A stretch of 32,845 nucleotides of DNA from Treponemataceae bacterium (GCA_963677895.2 CAXXGJ010000011.1:1-32845), one strand, 5' to 3'; shown: positions 9,482-20,893, counted from the first letter of the stretch. Notes: a model not told the origin generated them from the sequence alone. A program made the numbers and translations.

Positions 9482-9494
9482 AAAAGCTCCTCGC

Positions 9495-12400
9495 TCAGAG
9501 ACCCAGGAGGGAAACGGTGCTCATGACGGTGTACATGATCTTATATCCCGAGTCGATAATATCCTTGAAGAAGCCCCATCCTACGTTGATCTTGGAGGAC
9601 TTCGCCACGACGACGACCGTATCGCCCGGGTAGAGCTCAAATTTGAGAATACTCGGCCTAAAGAAGAGGAAGCCCTTGCCCTCTATACTGTCAAGTTTGC
9701 CCGACGCCCGCATTATATAGGTTTTCTGGAGATCGGCGTTGTTCGAAAGCCAACCGGATTCGGCGATGGCCTGGCGAACCGTCAGCCCATCCCTGAAAGC
9801 CACGACATTCTGGTCAGATACTTCGCCCGACACAAGGACATAGGTGGGAGTAGTCGGTACAAAGATGAGATCGTCGCGCTCCAGGACGACGTTGGAGGAC
9901 GAGCGAGCAAGCTCTTCGACCGTGGGGGGAATATCGATGGAAATCCGGCCAAAGCCGTCTTTGTACATTTGCTTGAGGCTGCCCAATCTGGCCCGCTGTA
10001 CGGCGAGATCTATCTGAAGATTGGCTATGACGGCGGCGGCCGAGCTGAGGGCTGTGTCGGTCGAATTGGGTAAGGCGTTCCCCGCACCCGTGACGGCTTC
10101 CAGCTGGGATATGATTCTATCCACTTGCTTTTTCTGGTTTTCGGCCGCCGTTCTGCGGATGAGAATGATGCCCTTGGGGTAAGCCCGGGAGTCATAACCA
10201 CCAGCGGCCTGGAGAGCGTCGGCAAGCTTCATACCGTCCATGAATTCGATGGACTGAGGCGCCTGGACCGCTCCGCGTACCGTTACTATCGGCAGGTTCT
10301 CCTCCGGAAGGAGCTGTTTGAAGGAAATAGCATCCCCGGGCTGAAGCACTAGCTGTATGGCGGACTGGCGCTTGAGATATTCCTCAAGATAGATATTCAG
10401 GGTTTCTCCGTTCGTTCTGGTGACAACAGCTTTGAGGGAATCAAGATCTATCTTCAGCTTCACCGAGCGGAGAACTTGGGAAAACTCCATATTGTCATAG
10501 TAGGGGATGACCTTAGGTTCCTGAACCTCACCGGAAGCTGTCACAGGAAGCTTATTGTATTTGGGATAGAAGATGACGTTGTCACGGGGTTGGAGTTCAA
10601 CATCGGTCCTGCCCTGGACAATATTGGACGGGGAGAAGCTTAGGATGGTCTCGGAATCCATGCTGCGACGCCGGACTTCGGCGTAAGATGTATCGGTTTC
10701 GATGAGAAGATCGTCCTCTGCTAGGATGTGAGAGAGCTGCAAACCTTCGTACCAAGCATAACGGCCGGGATATCGCGTGGTACCTTTTATGAGTACTGTG
10801 TCTGGATTGCGGGAAAAATCGTAGGTCTGGGTTTTTTCATCGGCCGGAATGAGCCTTATAATATCACGAGGGAATATTCTTTCATCCTGCAAACCCACAA
10901 GGACGGCGTAAGGACTGAAGGTTTTGTATTCTATCCTTCCTCCCATTATCCAGCGTTCGATTTCCGCGAAATAAAGGTAGGTAGTGCTGATAACCTGTTC
11001 CGGCGTGATGATCTCCGAAAGAAGCTTAGGTGTATCGGTAGAATAGAGACCTGTGCGTCGGGCAGAGCCTACCACGGCGTATGCATTACCAAAGTGATCG
11101 AAGTCGGGTTTTTCGGGAAGATAGCCGACTTTAACGAAGCGAATCGAATCCTGAGCTCTGAGATCCATATCCATTTTACCGGCAAGCACTTCGCGCGGCG
11201 AGAAGCTCTTGAATTCCCAGCCTCCATCGGGTTTTCTCCGAGTAAGCTCCGCATAATCGAGATTGGTTTCCTGGAGTATCTGCTCCGAGGTGACCACGGA
11301 GGAGAGTTTAAGCGTAGGAGTACGGGCGTAGGGACCGATATAGCGAATAACTCCGGAAACATTGACGATTTCAAGGAAGAATCCGACATCGGGGGATATA
11401 TCGGATGAACTCGGCGCGGAAAGCGCCGCCGCAGCGGGTAAAGCCGCAGACGATGCCGCAGGTGGTCCAGCCTCGACCGATGTCGACGATATCTGCCCAT
11501 TTGGAGTTCCATTATTTACGGGACCCAAGGTCTGGCTTTGAATGGGTGGAGAGAGGGTCGAATAGTATTGGATCATATCCTTGGGCTGCAGTTCAATATC
11601 AAAGATTCCGGAACCAACTTCCCTGGGTGCGAAGGTGACGGTCTGTTTTTTGCCGCCCTTGAGAGGCCTAACGATTTCGGCATAGACCTGATTCATGACG
11701 AGAAGGGGTTTTACCATGGTCCTGAATGGCCGAAAGCTTCATGCTTTTCTTCCAGGCGAAGATGCCAGAGAACTGGGTAGGTCCCGTAACCAGGACGGCT
11801 TCGGGGTAACGATCGAAGTCGGGTGTTTCGGGCCTATAATTAACCTTTACAAGCTTTATCTGATCGCGAGGACCTACTTCGAAGTCCCATGCACCGCTCA
11901 GCACCTCTGCAGGTCTGAAGGTTAAGTACTCGTTTTTCCCATCGGCCTTGAGCCTCGTTATCTCGGCGTAGTTGAGGTTTGTATCCAGCAGTATCTGGTC
12001 TTTTGTAATGAGCGTCGAAAGTTTCATGCCTGGCCGCAGCGCAAATACCTCAGGCCTTGTCACCTGGCCAGTAAGCTGAACTACATCGGCAAATTTCTCG
12101 ACATTCGCGGCGGCAAGCGTCCCGCCGAACGTGGTCTTCTTTACGAGTCGGATGGAATCCTTGGCTCGAAGCGCTAGGTCGAATTTTTTCTCGAGCACAT
12201 CCTTAGGCGCAAAGGTCACATATTCATAGCTTCCGTCATTCTTGAGCCTCGTCAGTTCGGCGTAATCGAGGTTGGTCTCCTCGAGCATCTGGTCGGCGCT
12301 GATCACCGAGGAAAGCTTAAGAGTAGGGGTACGAGCCCAGGGGCCTGAGTAGCGAACCGTACCGGAGACCGTCACCACTTCGAGGAAACGACCCAAATCG

Positions 12401-15400
12401 GCGGGAGATTCGGCGGAAGGCAAGCCAACAGGGGGCGCAACGGCAATAACCGCCGCCGTCGTTTCCCCTGTCACAACGGGGGCGGGTCCAGATAATTGGA
12501 CAGGAGCGGCAGGACTTGTCAGGACCTACAGGAGTCGCCTCAGTAGAGGCGGCCTCAGTAGAGACGGTCTCAGTAGAGGCGGCCTCGACGCCCTGTTTAA
12601 GGGGAGCCGCAGGAACCGTTGTATAGAAGCGGACGGAATCCCTCGCCTTAAGGGAGAGATCAAAGATTCCAGCCACCACTTCCTTCGGGGAGAAGGTGAG
12701 GTATTCGAACTTGTCGCCACCAAGAGGGCGAACGATTTCGGCATAAACTTGGTTGATCACGAGCGAGGGTTTGGCTTTCGCGAGCAGAGAGGAAAGCTTC
12801 ATGTCCTCACGCCAGGCGTAGAGGCCGCCGAACTGGACAGGGCCTATAACTTGCACTGCGGAGGAGAACCGATCGAAGTCCGGCATTGCGGGAGCGTAGC
12901 CAACTTTGAGAAGCTTCACCACATCGCGGGCGCCCAGGTCGAAATCCCAGGATCCGTCCAGTACTTCAGAAGGCCTGAAGGTCAGGTACTCGTTCTTTCC
13001 ATCGGTCTTGAGGCGCGTTATCTCGGCGTAGTTGAGGTTCGTATCCAGAAGCGCCTGATCCTTCGTCAGGATTTTCGAAAGCTTCATGCCGGGGAGAAGG
13101 GCATACAGCTCGGGACGAGCGGCCTGACCGGTGAGCTGCACAACGTCAGCGAACTTCTCAATATCCACGGCACCAAGAGTTCCACCGAATATAGTTTTCT
13201 TGACAAGCCGGATCGAATCCTTAGCCTGAAGGGGAAGATCATACTTCCCTTCAAGGACTTCGCGTGGGGCGAAAGTTTGGTATTCGGAAGAACCATCGGC
13301 CTTGAGCCGGGTGAGTTCGGCGTAATCGAGGTTGGTCTCTTCGAGCATCTGGTCGGCGGTGATCACCGAGGAGAGCTTCAGGGATGGAGTCCTGGCATAA
13401 GGGCCGGTATAGCGAATAGTGCCAGATATCGTCACCACTTCAAGGAAACGTCCAAGATCGGAAGGAGAAGCTTCGCTGCTTACCTCAAACATCGAAGCTG
13501 ATGCTGTTGAACCAGGAACAGAAGCAGTTGGCGCAGTTGTTTCAGTCGGCAATTCGGCGGCCAGTTTAGTGGTTGCCGCAGGCGCCGTCGTATAGAGCTT
13601 CACCACGTCGCGAGCCTGAAGCTCAAGATCGAAGGAGGTATCAGCTACTTCGCGCGGCGCAAAGGTCAGGTATTCGTATCGTCCACCACCCTTGGGTCTC
13701 ACTACTTCAGCATAATATTTATTGGTCTCCTGAGCGGGCTGAGCCAGCGAAAGAAGAGCCGAGAGCTTCATGCCGCTTTTCCAGGCGTAGAGGCCACTAA
13801 ATTGGACAGGACCTGTTACCTGCACTGCGGAGGAGAAACGATCGAAGTCGGGCTTTGCGGGAGCGTAACCCACTTTGAGGAGCTTCACCAGGTCGCGGGC
13901 GCCCAGGGCGATATCCCAGGAACCGTCCAAAACTTCGGAAGGCCTGAAGGTCACATACTCGTTCTTTCCATCGGCCTTGAGACGCGTTATCTCCGCGTAG
14001 TTGAGGTTTGTGTCCAGCAGCACCTGATCCTTCGTCAGGATCGTCGAAAGTTTCATGCCAGGTCGAAGCGCAAACAGCTCAGGCCTTGCCACCTGGCCGG
14101 TGAGCTGCACCAGGTCGGCGAACTTCTCAATATTGGCGGCGGCCAGCGTGCCGCCAAACGCGGTCTTCTTCACGAGACGGATCGAGTCCTTCGCTTGTAG
14201 CGCGAGGTCAAATTTCTTCTCTAGCACCTCTTTGGGGGCGAAGGTTTTGTATTCGGAAGTACCATCCGCCTTGAGCCTTGTTATTTCGGCATAATCGAGG
14301 TTCGTCTCTTCGAGCATCTGATCTACGGTGATCACCGAGGAGAGCTTCAAGGTAGGCGTACGAGCCCAGGGACCTGTATAGCGAACCGCCCCAGAGACCG
14401 TCACCACTTCGAGGAACATGCCCAGGTCGGCGGGAGATTCGGCGGAAAGCGCGGAAGGCATAACCGCGAGAGTCGCAGCGGGGGCTGATCCAGGTGATTG
14501 GACAGGAGAAGCCTCAGCGGGAGCAGCGGGTGTGGATTGAGCTGGAGAGGACAGGATAACAGGACCTTCAGGACCGATAGGAGAATCCGCGCCCAGATTG
14601 GCCGTCGCCGTGGGAACCGTCGTATAGAAGCGGACCGAATCCCTCGCCTTAAGGGAGAGATCGAAGATGCTAGCAACCACTTCCTTCGGGGAGAAGGTGA
14701 GGTATTCGAACTTATCGCCACCCAGAGGGCGGACAATTTCGGCATAGACTTGGTTGATCACGAGCGAAGGTTTGGCTTTCACGAGCAGCGAAGAAAGCTT
14801 CATCCCATCGCGCCAGGCGTAGAGGCCGCCGAACTGGACAGGACCCGTCACCTGCACGGCGGCGGGAAATCGATCGAAGTCGGGTTTTGCGGGAGCGTAG
14901 CCCACTTTGAGGAGCTTCACCACGTCGCGGGCGCCCAGGTCGAAATCCCAGGATCCGTCTAAAAGCTCTGAAGGCCTGAAGGTCACGTACTCGTTCTTCC
15001 CGTCGACCTTGAGACGTGTTATCTCGGCGTAGTTGAGGTTTGTGTCCAGAAGCGCCTGATCCTTTGTCAGGACCATCGAAAGCTTCATGCCGGGACGTAG
15101 CGCAAAAACCTCAGGCCTTGCCGCCTGACCGGTGAGCTGCACCAGGTCGGCGAACTTCTCAATATTCGCGGGGACAAGAGCTCCACCAAACACAGTTTTC
15201 TTAACGAGACGGATCGAGTCCTTGGCTTGAAGCGCGAGGTCAAATTTCTTCTCTAGCACATCTTTGGGGGCGAAGGTCAGGTATTCATAACTTCCATCAA
15301 CCTTGAGCCGCGTGAGTTCCGCGTACTCGAGGTTCGTATCTTCGAGCATCTGATCGGCGGTGATCATCGAAGAGAGCTTCAGGGTGGGTGTGCGAGCCCA

Positions 15401-17824
15401 GGGGCCTGCGGAGCGGACCGCGCCAGAGACAGTCACCACTTCGAGGAAGCGGCCTAAATCGGTGGGAGTTTCTGAGGAAGCCGGACTATCACCTGCGACT
15501 GGTGCTGCTACGGGCGCGGTCGCTTCGACAGTGGTGGTCGCTGGTGCTGCGGGTGCCGCGGGCGCTTCAACGCCCAGTTTGGCCGCCGTCCTGGGTACCG
15601 TCGTATAGAAGCGGATAGAATCCCTTGCCTTCAGGGAAAGATCAAAGATTCCAGCCTCCACTTCCTTCGGGGAGAAGGTGAGATATTCGAACTTGTCTCC
15701 ACCAAGCGGGCGGACAATCTCGGCATAGACTTGGTTGATGACAAGCGAGGGCTTTGCCTTCGCGAGCAGCGAGGAAAGCTTCATATTCTCGCGCCAGGCG
15801 TAGAGCCCGCCGAACTGTACGGGACCAGTCACCTGTACCGCGGCCGAGAATCGATCGAAATCGGGTTTCGCGGGAGCGTAGCCCACTTTGAGGAGCTTTA
15901 CCATGTCGCGGGCGCCTAGGTCAAAGTCCCAGGAACCATCGAGAACTTCGGATGGTCTGAAGGTCACGTACTCGTTCTTTCCATCGGCCTTGAGGCGCGT
16001 TATCTCGGCGTAGTTGAGGTTCGTGTCCAGAAGCGTCTGATCCTTCGTCAGGATCTTTGAGAGCTTCAGCCCCGAACCCAATGCGTACACTTCCGGCCGT
16101 AAAACCTGGCCCGTAAGCTGCAGGGCATCTGAGAATTTGTCAAAATCATGGGCTGCCACATCGGCGCCGTGTTTCACGAAGCGCACTCTGTCGAGCCTAG
16201 AAAGTGTAAAATCCTTCGCCCCGGAGAGGATTTCTCGCGGCGAGAAAGTGAAGTATTCCTCGGCCCCGGAGGCGGATTTTCGGATTATCTCGCCATAGAA
16301 GGGGTTGGCGTCGAGCGTGAGTGCGTTATTGGAGAGGAGGCCTGAGAGCGTCGAGGCTTCCTTATAGAGATAGAACCCCGGGTATTTTACCGGTCCCGAT
16401 ACCACGAGGGTATCCGCGAAGCGGTCGAAATCGGGGTCGAGCCCCACATCGTCGTAGCGGTACAGCACTACCCTATCGAATTCGGCAATGGGAATATCGG
16501 CACCTGAAAGAACATCGCGGGGGGAGAAGGCGAAGGATTTGTCCCTGCCGGAAAGATCCATGCGATAAACGCGACCATAGAAGAGATTCGTTTCGGCGAC
16601 AACTTGGGCTTTGGACAAGAGTTCCTTTACCGTTTTAAAAGAAGAAATCTCATAACGGCCAGCGTATTTTACAGGACCGCTCACCTGCGCCTGGCCCACG
16701 AGAAGCTCGGTAACCTTGCCGAAGTAGACGAAGTCGCCGTCGGAGGCGAGCTTTGAGGAGAAGGAAGCGTTGGATAGATCGCCTGAGACAAGGCTTTTGC
16801 CCGATTCGGCGAAGCGAAGCAGCGTCACGCCGCCAGAACGAGCCGAGGGCAAGGCGCCGCCCGCGAGCCCGAGCGCGGTCGCGATGCTGGTGTCGCCTTT
16901 CAGTTCATAAATGCCCGGCCGCTTGAGTTCGCCCGCCAAGGCCGCTACTGGACCGATGCCCGGTACGAAGAGGGAATCGCCCTCTCGAATGCGCAAATCT
17001 ATGGGAAGGCCCTTCATCAGACTGTCGTAGAAATCGATTTCCAGTTTTTCGGCCGCGCCCTTTGCTTGCCTCGTAAGCACGACTTTGCGCAGCGAGCCCG
17101 TCTTCTTGATCCCGCCCGCCCTGGAAAGGACGGTGAGAATCGTATCGGCCCCGGAAGCGAGCACCGTGCCGGGATTCCCCGCATAGCCCGAAACGAAGAC
17201 CGGAAACTGTCGCAAGGTGGCGAGGGTGAGGCTCATCTCGAGCTTCTTGTAACGCCGATCGAGCATGCTCTTGATGACGGTCCGTACGGTGGCAAGATCC
17301 TGGCCCCAGACCGCGATCTGTCCTGCGGGAGGAAGAAAGATATTCCCGTTGCGGTCAACCGAGAGCGTATAGGAAGCGGAGATTTCTTTGATATCGACAG
17401 GATCTCCCCAAAGGTAGAGAACGAGGCTGTCGCCAGGCCCCAGCACATAATCGTCGCCGATGGAAGCAAGCGAGGGCGCGGTGGGCTTTTCAAAGAGCGA
17501 ATAGCCGAACTGGGAAAGTTCCTGAGCGGGAGTACCAAGTCCCGTGGCCATGCCCGCGAACATGGATTCAAGAGGAGAGAGGATAGCGTTAATCGGGGCA
17601 ACAGTGGGAGCAGCCGCAGCCGGCGCCCCCGGAGAAGCGAGAGCGTTCACAGTGGGCAGTGCGGGCGCTATGGTCGGAGCAGTTCCACCCGAGGCGCCCT
17701 GCACGGCCAGCGCCTGCGCTATCGCCGCCTGGTCCATGGCTTGAGCGCCGGCTGAAAAGGATAAGCCCACCGTAAAAGCGAGCAAGAAGGTCAGGGCAAT
17801 TGCTTTTCTTCTATTGATCGGCAC
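9495..17824 (-). CDS. wza: Giant SLBB-repeat polysaccharide export protein (Wza/KpsD/OtnA-like), ~2775 aa after removing two 1-base insertions (~12526, ~11721)
   Basis: Poly_export motif DDYVLGPGDSLVLYLWG...VDRNGNIFLP, ~24 SLBB-type starts (V.V.G.V..PG and variants), and a C-terminal amphipathic helix (WGFFKDIIDSGYKIMYTVMSTVSLLGL). ORFs 12317..17872, 11668..12474 and 9495..11717 continue one another across frame changes. GTG 17824 follows GGAG and starts a signal peptide. Confidence 0.85.
11363..16150 (-). repeat. Intragenic tandem array of ~1-kb modules (3 SLBB domains + Ala/Pro/Ser/Thr linker)
   Basis: Anchor tcaccacttc(g/a)aggaa (FLEVVT) at 15433, 14401, 13432 and 12372, with a diverged copy at 11363. 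Spacings are 1032, 969, 1060 and 1009 bp. Confidence 0.92.
12537..12586 (+). repeat. 3.3 x 15-bp tandem repeat inside a linker (encodes ASTET-VSTEA-ASTEA)
   Basis: gcctcagtagaggcg gcctcagtagagacg gtctcagtagaggcg gcctc. Confidence 0.85.
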
Positions 17825-17947
17825 TTTCAAACTCCGGATTCGTTGTGTTGCTTGTTCAGTATAATACATCATTTTTATTTATTTCCTATAGTGGCAAACA
17901 TATTCGATGGTTTGGAGAAACGGCAAACCATGAATTTTTCAGATGGT

Positions 17948-18925
17948 CTAGAGACGTATATGACCGTGCAGCCTGTTAAACAGGTGGGAACAGGTGCAGG
18001 TTTCATAAAAGGACTCCAGATAATCCTGCCAACCATGGGAAGGGAAAGAGAGGTTCGCGAGGATTTTGGAACAGGCGAGGTGACAGCAGGATGGCCGGGG
18101 CGCCCTGTCGGGGAAGGCTTCGGCGGGGACGTGGCAAAGGGCCACTGAGCGTTCGATGAAGTTATACTTCAAGGCAAGGCGAGCGTTTTCGGCCGCGAAA
18201 CCAGCCCAAGATACTTTGCCATCATCGACGTAATGGTAGATGCCGCCTGAAAGCGGCAAGAAATGCGTATTTTCGCCGGGGAAAAGGCTAATGGAACCTT
18301 TTTCGCAGAGGGTCATGCCGAGGAGGGCGTCGGAAAGGTTCCGGACCCAGGTGGGCGAAGCGACTTCGTCGTTGACGATGGCAAGATCGGTACCTGTCAG
18401 GGAAGCGCGGATAAGCCCAAGAAGGAGGTTAGCGAAGGGGCCGAACTCCTCGTCGCCATAGAGCCAGCCTGTGCGCAGGACGAGGGATGAGGAATTGGCA
18501 GCCAAGAGGGCACGCTCACCTTCAAGCTGGCACCGGCCAAGAACGTTGACCGGACGGCAGCTTCTCGATTCGGCGTAGCCGCGAGAGACAAGGTTGCCTG
18601 AAAAAACATAGTGCGTGCCCACTGAAATAAAGCGGACTTTGAGCCGCAAAGCCATAGCTGCCAGAAGGGGCGGAAGGACGGCGCTTTGGTAGCGGGGATT
18701 ATCAGGTTCGCGCTCGCAGCGATCGGGGTCGAAGTCGGCCCCACAATAAATGAGATGGGTGAGGCGCGGGGCCGCTTTGAGCCTTGCCTCCAGGTCATCT
18801 AGCGCATGGGCACTGGGAGCGGCAAGCTCGAGCCCCGTACCGATAACTTCGACACGCAGCTTGCCGAAGACCAATGAGGCGGCCTGGCCGAGCATCTTAT
18901 GTATTCCTACTATACAGACTGCCAT
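17948..18925 (-). CDS. rmlD: dTDP-4-dehydrorhamnose reductase (RmlD)-like SDR with degenerate catalytic motifs
   Basis: RmlD-like layout (CEREP, YVFSG, PVNV.G, VLRTGWLY, VNDEVASPT, GIYH, APRP). GxxGxxG reads GIHKMLG, STDY reads GTHY, YGxSK reads LGRCQ. Confidence 0.7.
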   Translation of the reverse strand: MAVCIVGIHKMLGQAASLVFGKLRVEVIGTGLELAAPSAHALDDLEARLKAAPRLTHLIYCGADFDPDRCEREPDNPRYQSAVLPPLLAAMALRLKVRFISVGTHYVFSGNLVSRGYAESRSCRPVNVLGRCQLEGERALLAANSSSLVLRTGWLYGDEEFGPFANLLLGLIRASLTGTDLAIVNDEVASPTWVRNLSDALLGMTLCEKGSISLFPGENTHFLPLSGGIYHYVDDGKVSWAGFAAENARLALKYNFIERSVALCHVPAEAFPDRAPRPSCCHLACSKILANLSFPSHGWQDYLESFYETCTCSHLFNRLHGHIRL

Positions 18926-18943
18926 GATAATTATTAATGCCTG

Positions 18944-19609
18944 CTAAAGGTGCAGGGCATCTGGCGGTATTGGCAGATCCTTGAACCACTTTTTCCATAA
19001 CGTTGTTCGTGGGCTCACCAGCGACCAGGCGGTAAGGAAGATGAGTTTGAAGTAATTCCCCAGCGTGCGGTTTTTTGTCCACCAGACTTCGAGATCGCCC
19101 TTGTAGGGAGCGATGACCGTATCATGAAAGTGGTCACGGTCGCTGGGAACTTCATCGAGGATGGATTCCTCATCGCGGAATATCACAGAGCCAATGCCAG
19201 TAAGGCCAGGCGGTACGGCGTCGATAGCCGCACGAACCGGAACCGAATACAGTTCATAGTGGCGCCTCGCCTGAGGGCGGGGACCGACAAAGCTCATTTG
19301 ACCTAAAAAGATGTTGACGAGCTGAGGAAGTTCGTTGATCTTCGTCTTTCGAAGGAAATTGCCCATGGGCAGAATACGCGGATCATTTTTCTGCGTGAGA
19401 ACGCCCCCAGGCAGGTTGGGACTGTTTTTAAGCATGGTGGCGAACTTATAAACATTGAAATCGCGGCCGCCTGAGCCGACGCGGGGCTGTAGGTAGAAGA
19501 TATAGTGCTCGCCTGTGAGCTTAAGGCCGATCATGATGGGCAGCATGAAGGGGAAGAGAACAAGCATTGCGAGTCCTGAACAGACTATGTCGAACATTCT
19601 AATGAGCAA
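18944..19609 (-). CDS. Small polyisoprenyl-phosphate hexose-1-phosphate transferase (Bac_transf; PglC/WbaP C-terminal type), copy A
   Basis: RMFDI, KFATM, DPRILPMGNFLRKTKINELPQLVNIFLGQMSFVGPRP, PGLTG; TTG start. Confidence 0.9.
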   Translation of the reverse strand: MLIRMFDIVCSGLAMLVLFPFMLPIMIGLKLTGEHYIFYLQPRVGSGGRDFNVYKFATMLKNSPNLPGGVLTQKNDPRILPMGNFLRKTKINELPQLVNIFLGQMSFVGPRPQARRHYELYSVPVRAAIDAVPPGLTGIGSVIFRDEESILDEVPSDRDHFHDTVIAPYKGDLEVWWTKNRTLGNYFKLIFLTAWSLVSPRTTLWKKWFKDLPIPPDALHL

Positions 19610-19611
19610 GA

Positions 19612-20802
19612 TTACATCCTTCCATCGAGAAACTTGCCTGTTTCTTTGTGGGCGAATTCAGGGATGGTAGCGTTGAAGAGGTCGATAAGCGCGCCCCGGG
19701 TCCAGGAGCCCCGGGCGCGCATGGCGCGGATTTCGGATTCGAAACGTTCGAGGGCGGGCACGTCATAGGCAGGATCATTTTTAATGACGCCGATGGATTC
19801 GAAGCGGTCTAGGTCGAGGCTTTCCTTATCGGTAAAGAACTCCTCGAAGTCCTTTTCGCCCGTCGTGTCGCTCGCGAAGAAGAAAACGGGCCACTTGCCC
19901 TGCGCTTTCAATTCGCCCACGCGAGAACGGGCTTCGTCCTCGCTCGAACACTCCACTGGCTCATAGCCCCGATGTTTCAGATATCTTTCCGCGATCTCGG
20001 AGAAGGTTATGAGATTCGCCTCCGCGTCGAGCTTGGGGAAGAAGAGGTCGCGGTTTTCGCCCAGGAGGGCGGACATCAGGCAGAGTTCGCCCGATTCCTT
20101 GGGCGTGACAAAGTAGCGTCTGACATCGTTGGGAGCGGAAATGGGTTGTTCTTTCTCAAGGCGTCTATTGAAACCATAGAGAAGGCTTCCATCGGAGAAG
20201 GCCACGTTGGCGAAACGGGCAGTGGAAACGGGCAGCTCGAGGCTCCGGCGCATAAGAAAGTATTCCATGATGCGTTTGCTGGCGCCCATCATGTTCACGG
20301 GATTGGCCGCTTTGTCGGTCGACACGCAGAAATATTTCCTCGCGCCCGCCGCCGTGGCCTGTCTCATGGTCTTGTCAGTGTTGAACACATTGACGTCGAC
20401 CATGCGCATCAAGGTATAAGGATCCTTCTCGCTGCGCACATGCTTCAGCGCGGAAAGATTGAGCACATAATCGTAGCCGAGGCCATTCGCTATGAAGGCA
20501 TCGAAAATTTCGCTGCCCGCATCGATCGCGAAGGTAGCGAACTCGCCGGAAGAATAGCCGATGGACGAGCGCAGGTCGCGCACCAGCTCGACCATGTTGT
20601 TCTCGCTGATATCCACCACATGGAGCAGCTTCGGATCGCGCCTGAAAATCTCGCGCGTGACCGCCTGGCCGATGGAGCCAGCACCACCGATGACGAGAAA
20701 GCGAGAGGCCTTGACGAGGCGCGACAGCTCGACCTCGCGGGAAGCCAGATCGGCAGCGAAGAGCTCTTCCTTTCTACCGATGATATCAAGAATGGAATCC
20801 AT
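19612..20802 (-). CDS. UDP-N-acetylglucosamine 4,6-dehydratase (CapD/PglF-type SDR, Polysacc_synt_2)
   Basis: GGAGSIG, SALKHVRSE, STDKAANPVNMMGASK, RFANVAFSDGS. Confidence 0.88.
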   Translation of the reverse strand: MDSILDIIGRKEELFAADLASREVELSRLVKASRFLVIGGAGSIGQAVTREIFRRDPKLLHVVDISENNMVELVRDLRSSIGYSSGEFATFAIDAGSEIFDAFIANGLGYDYVLNLSALKHVRSEKDPYTLMRMVDVNVFNTDKTMRQATAAGARKYFCVSTDKAANPVNMMGASKRIMEYFLMRRSLELPVSTARFANVAFSDGSLLYGFNRRLEKEQPISAPNDVRRYFVTPKESGELCLMSALLGENRDLFFPKLDAEANLITFSEIAERYLKHRGYEPVECSSEDEARSRVGELKAQGKWPVFFFASDTTGEKDFEEFFTDKESLDLDRFESIGVIKNDPAYDVPALERFESEIRAMRARGSWTRGALIDLFNATIPEFAHKETGKFLDGRM

Positions 20803-20840
20803 GGCACACCTTATCGTAGTATTTTTTGAAAAGGAAAATT

Positions 20841-20874
20841 GGACAAGATCACAAGACTACAGGATGACAGGAAC
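20841..20874 (+). repeat. Intergenic 4 x 8-bp ACA(A/G)GA tandem motif
   Basis: gg acaagatc acaagact acaggatg acaggaac; same core as the repeats at 2603 and 3873. Confidence 0.6.
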
Positions 20875-20893
20875 GAAAAGTCAAAAATCGGGG

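Noticed and set aside
11363..16150. Near-identical long repeats as a DGR template/variable pair or CRISPR-like array
   Set aside because: Repeats are ~1 kb in-frame protein modules. Differences involve all four bases rather than only adenines, and there is no reverse transcriptase or cas gene in the window.
9495..17872. Treating the three SLBB ORFs as separate genes or a pseudogene
   Set aside because: One break falls mid-domain and the other inside a linker. Each is repaired by removing one base, and the downstream pieces lack a signal peptide or an obvious RBS.
19689..19720. GC-rich imperfect palindrome gcgcgccccggg...ccccgggcgcgc
   Set aside because: Inside the dehydratase CDS, with no U-tract; expected by chance at this GC content.
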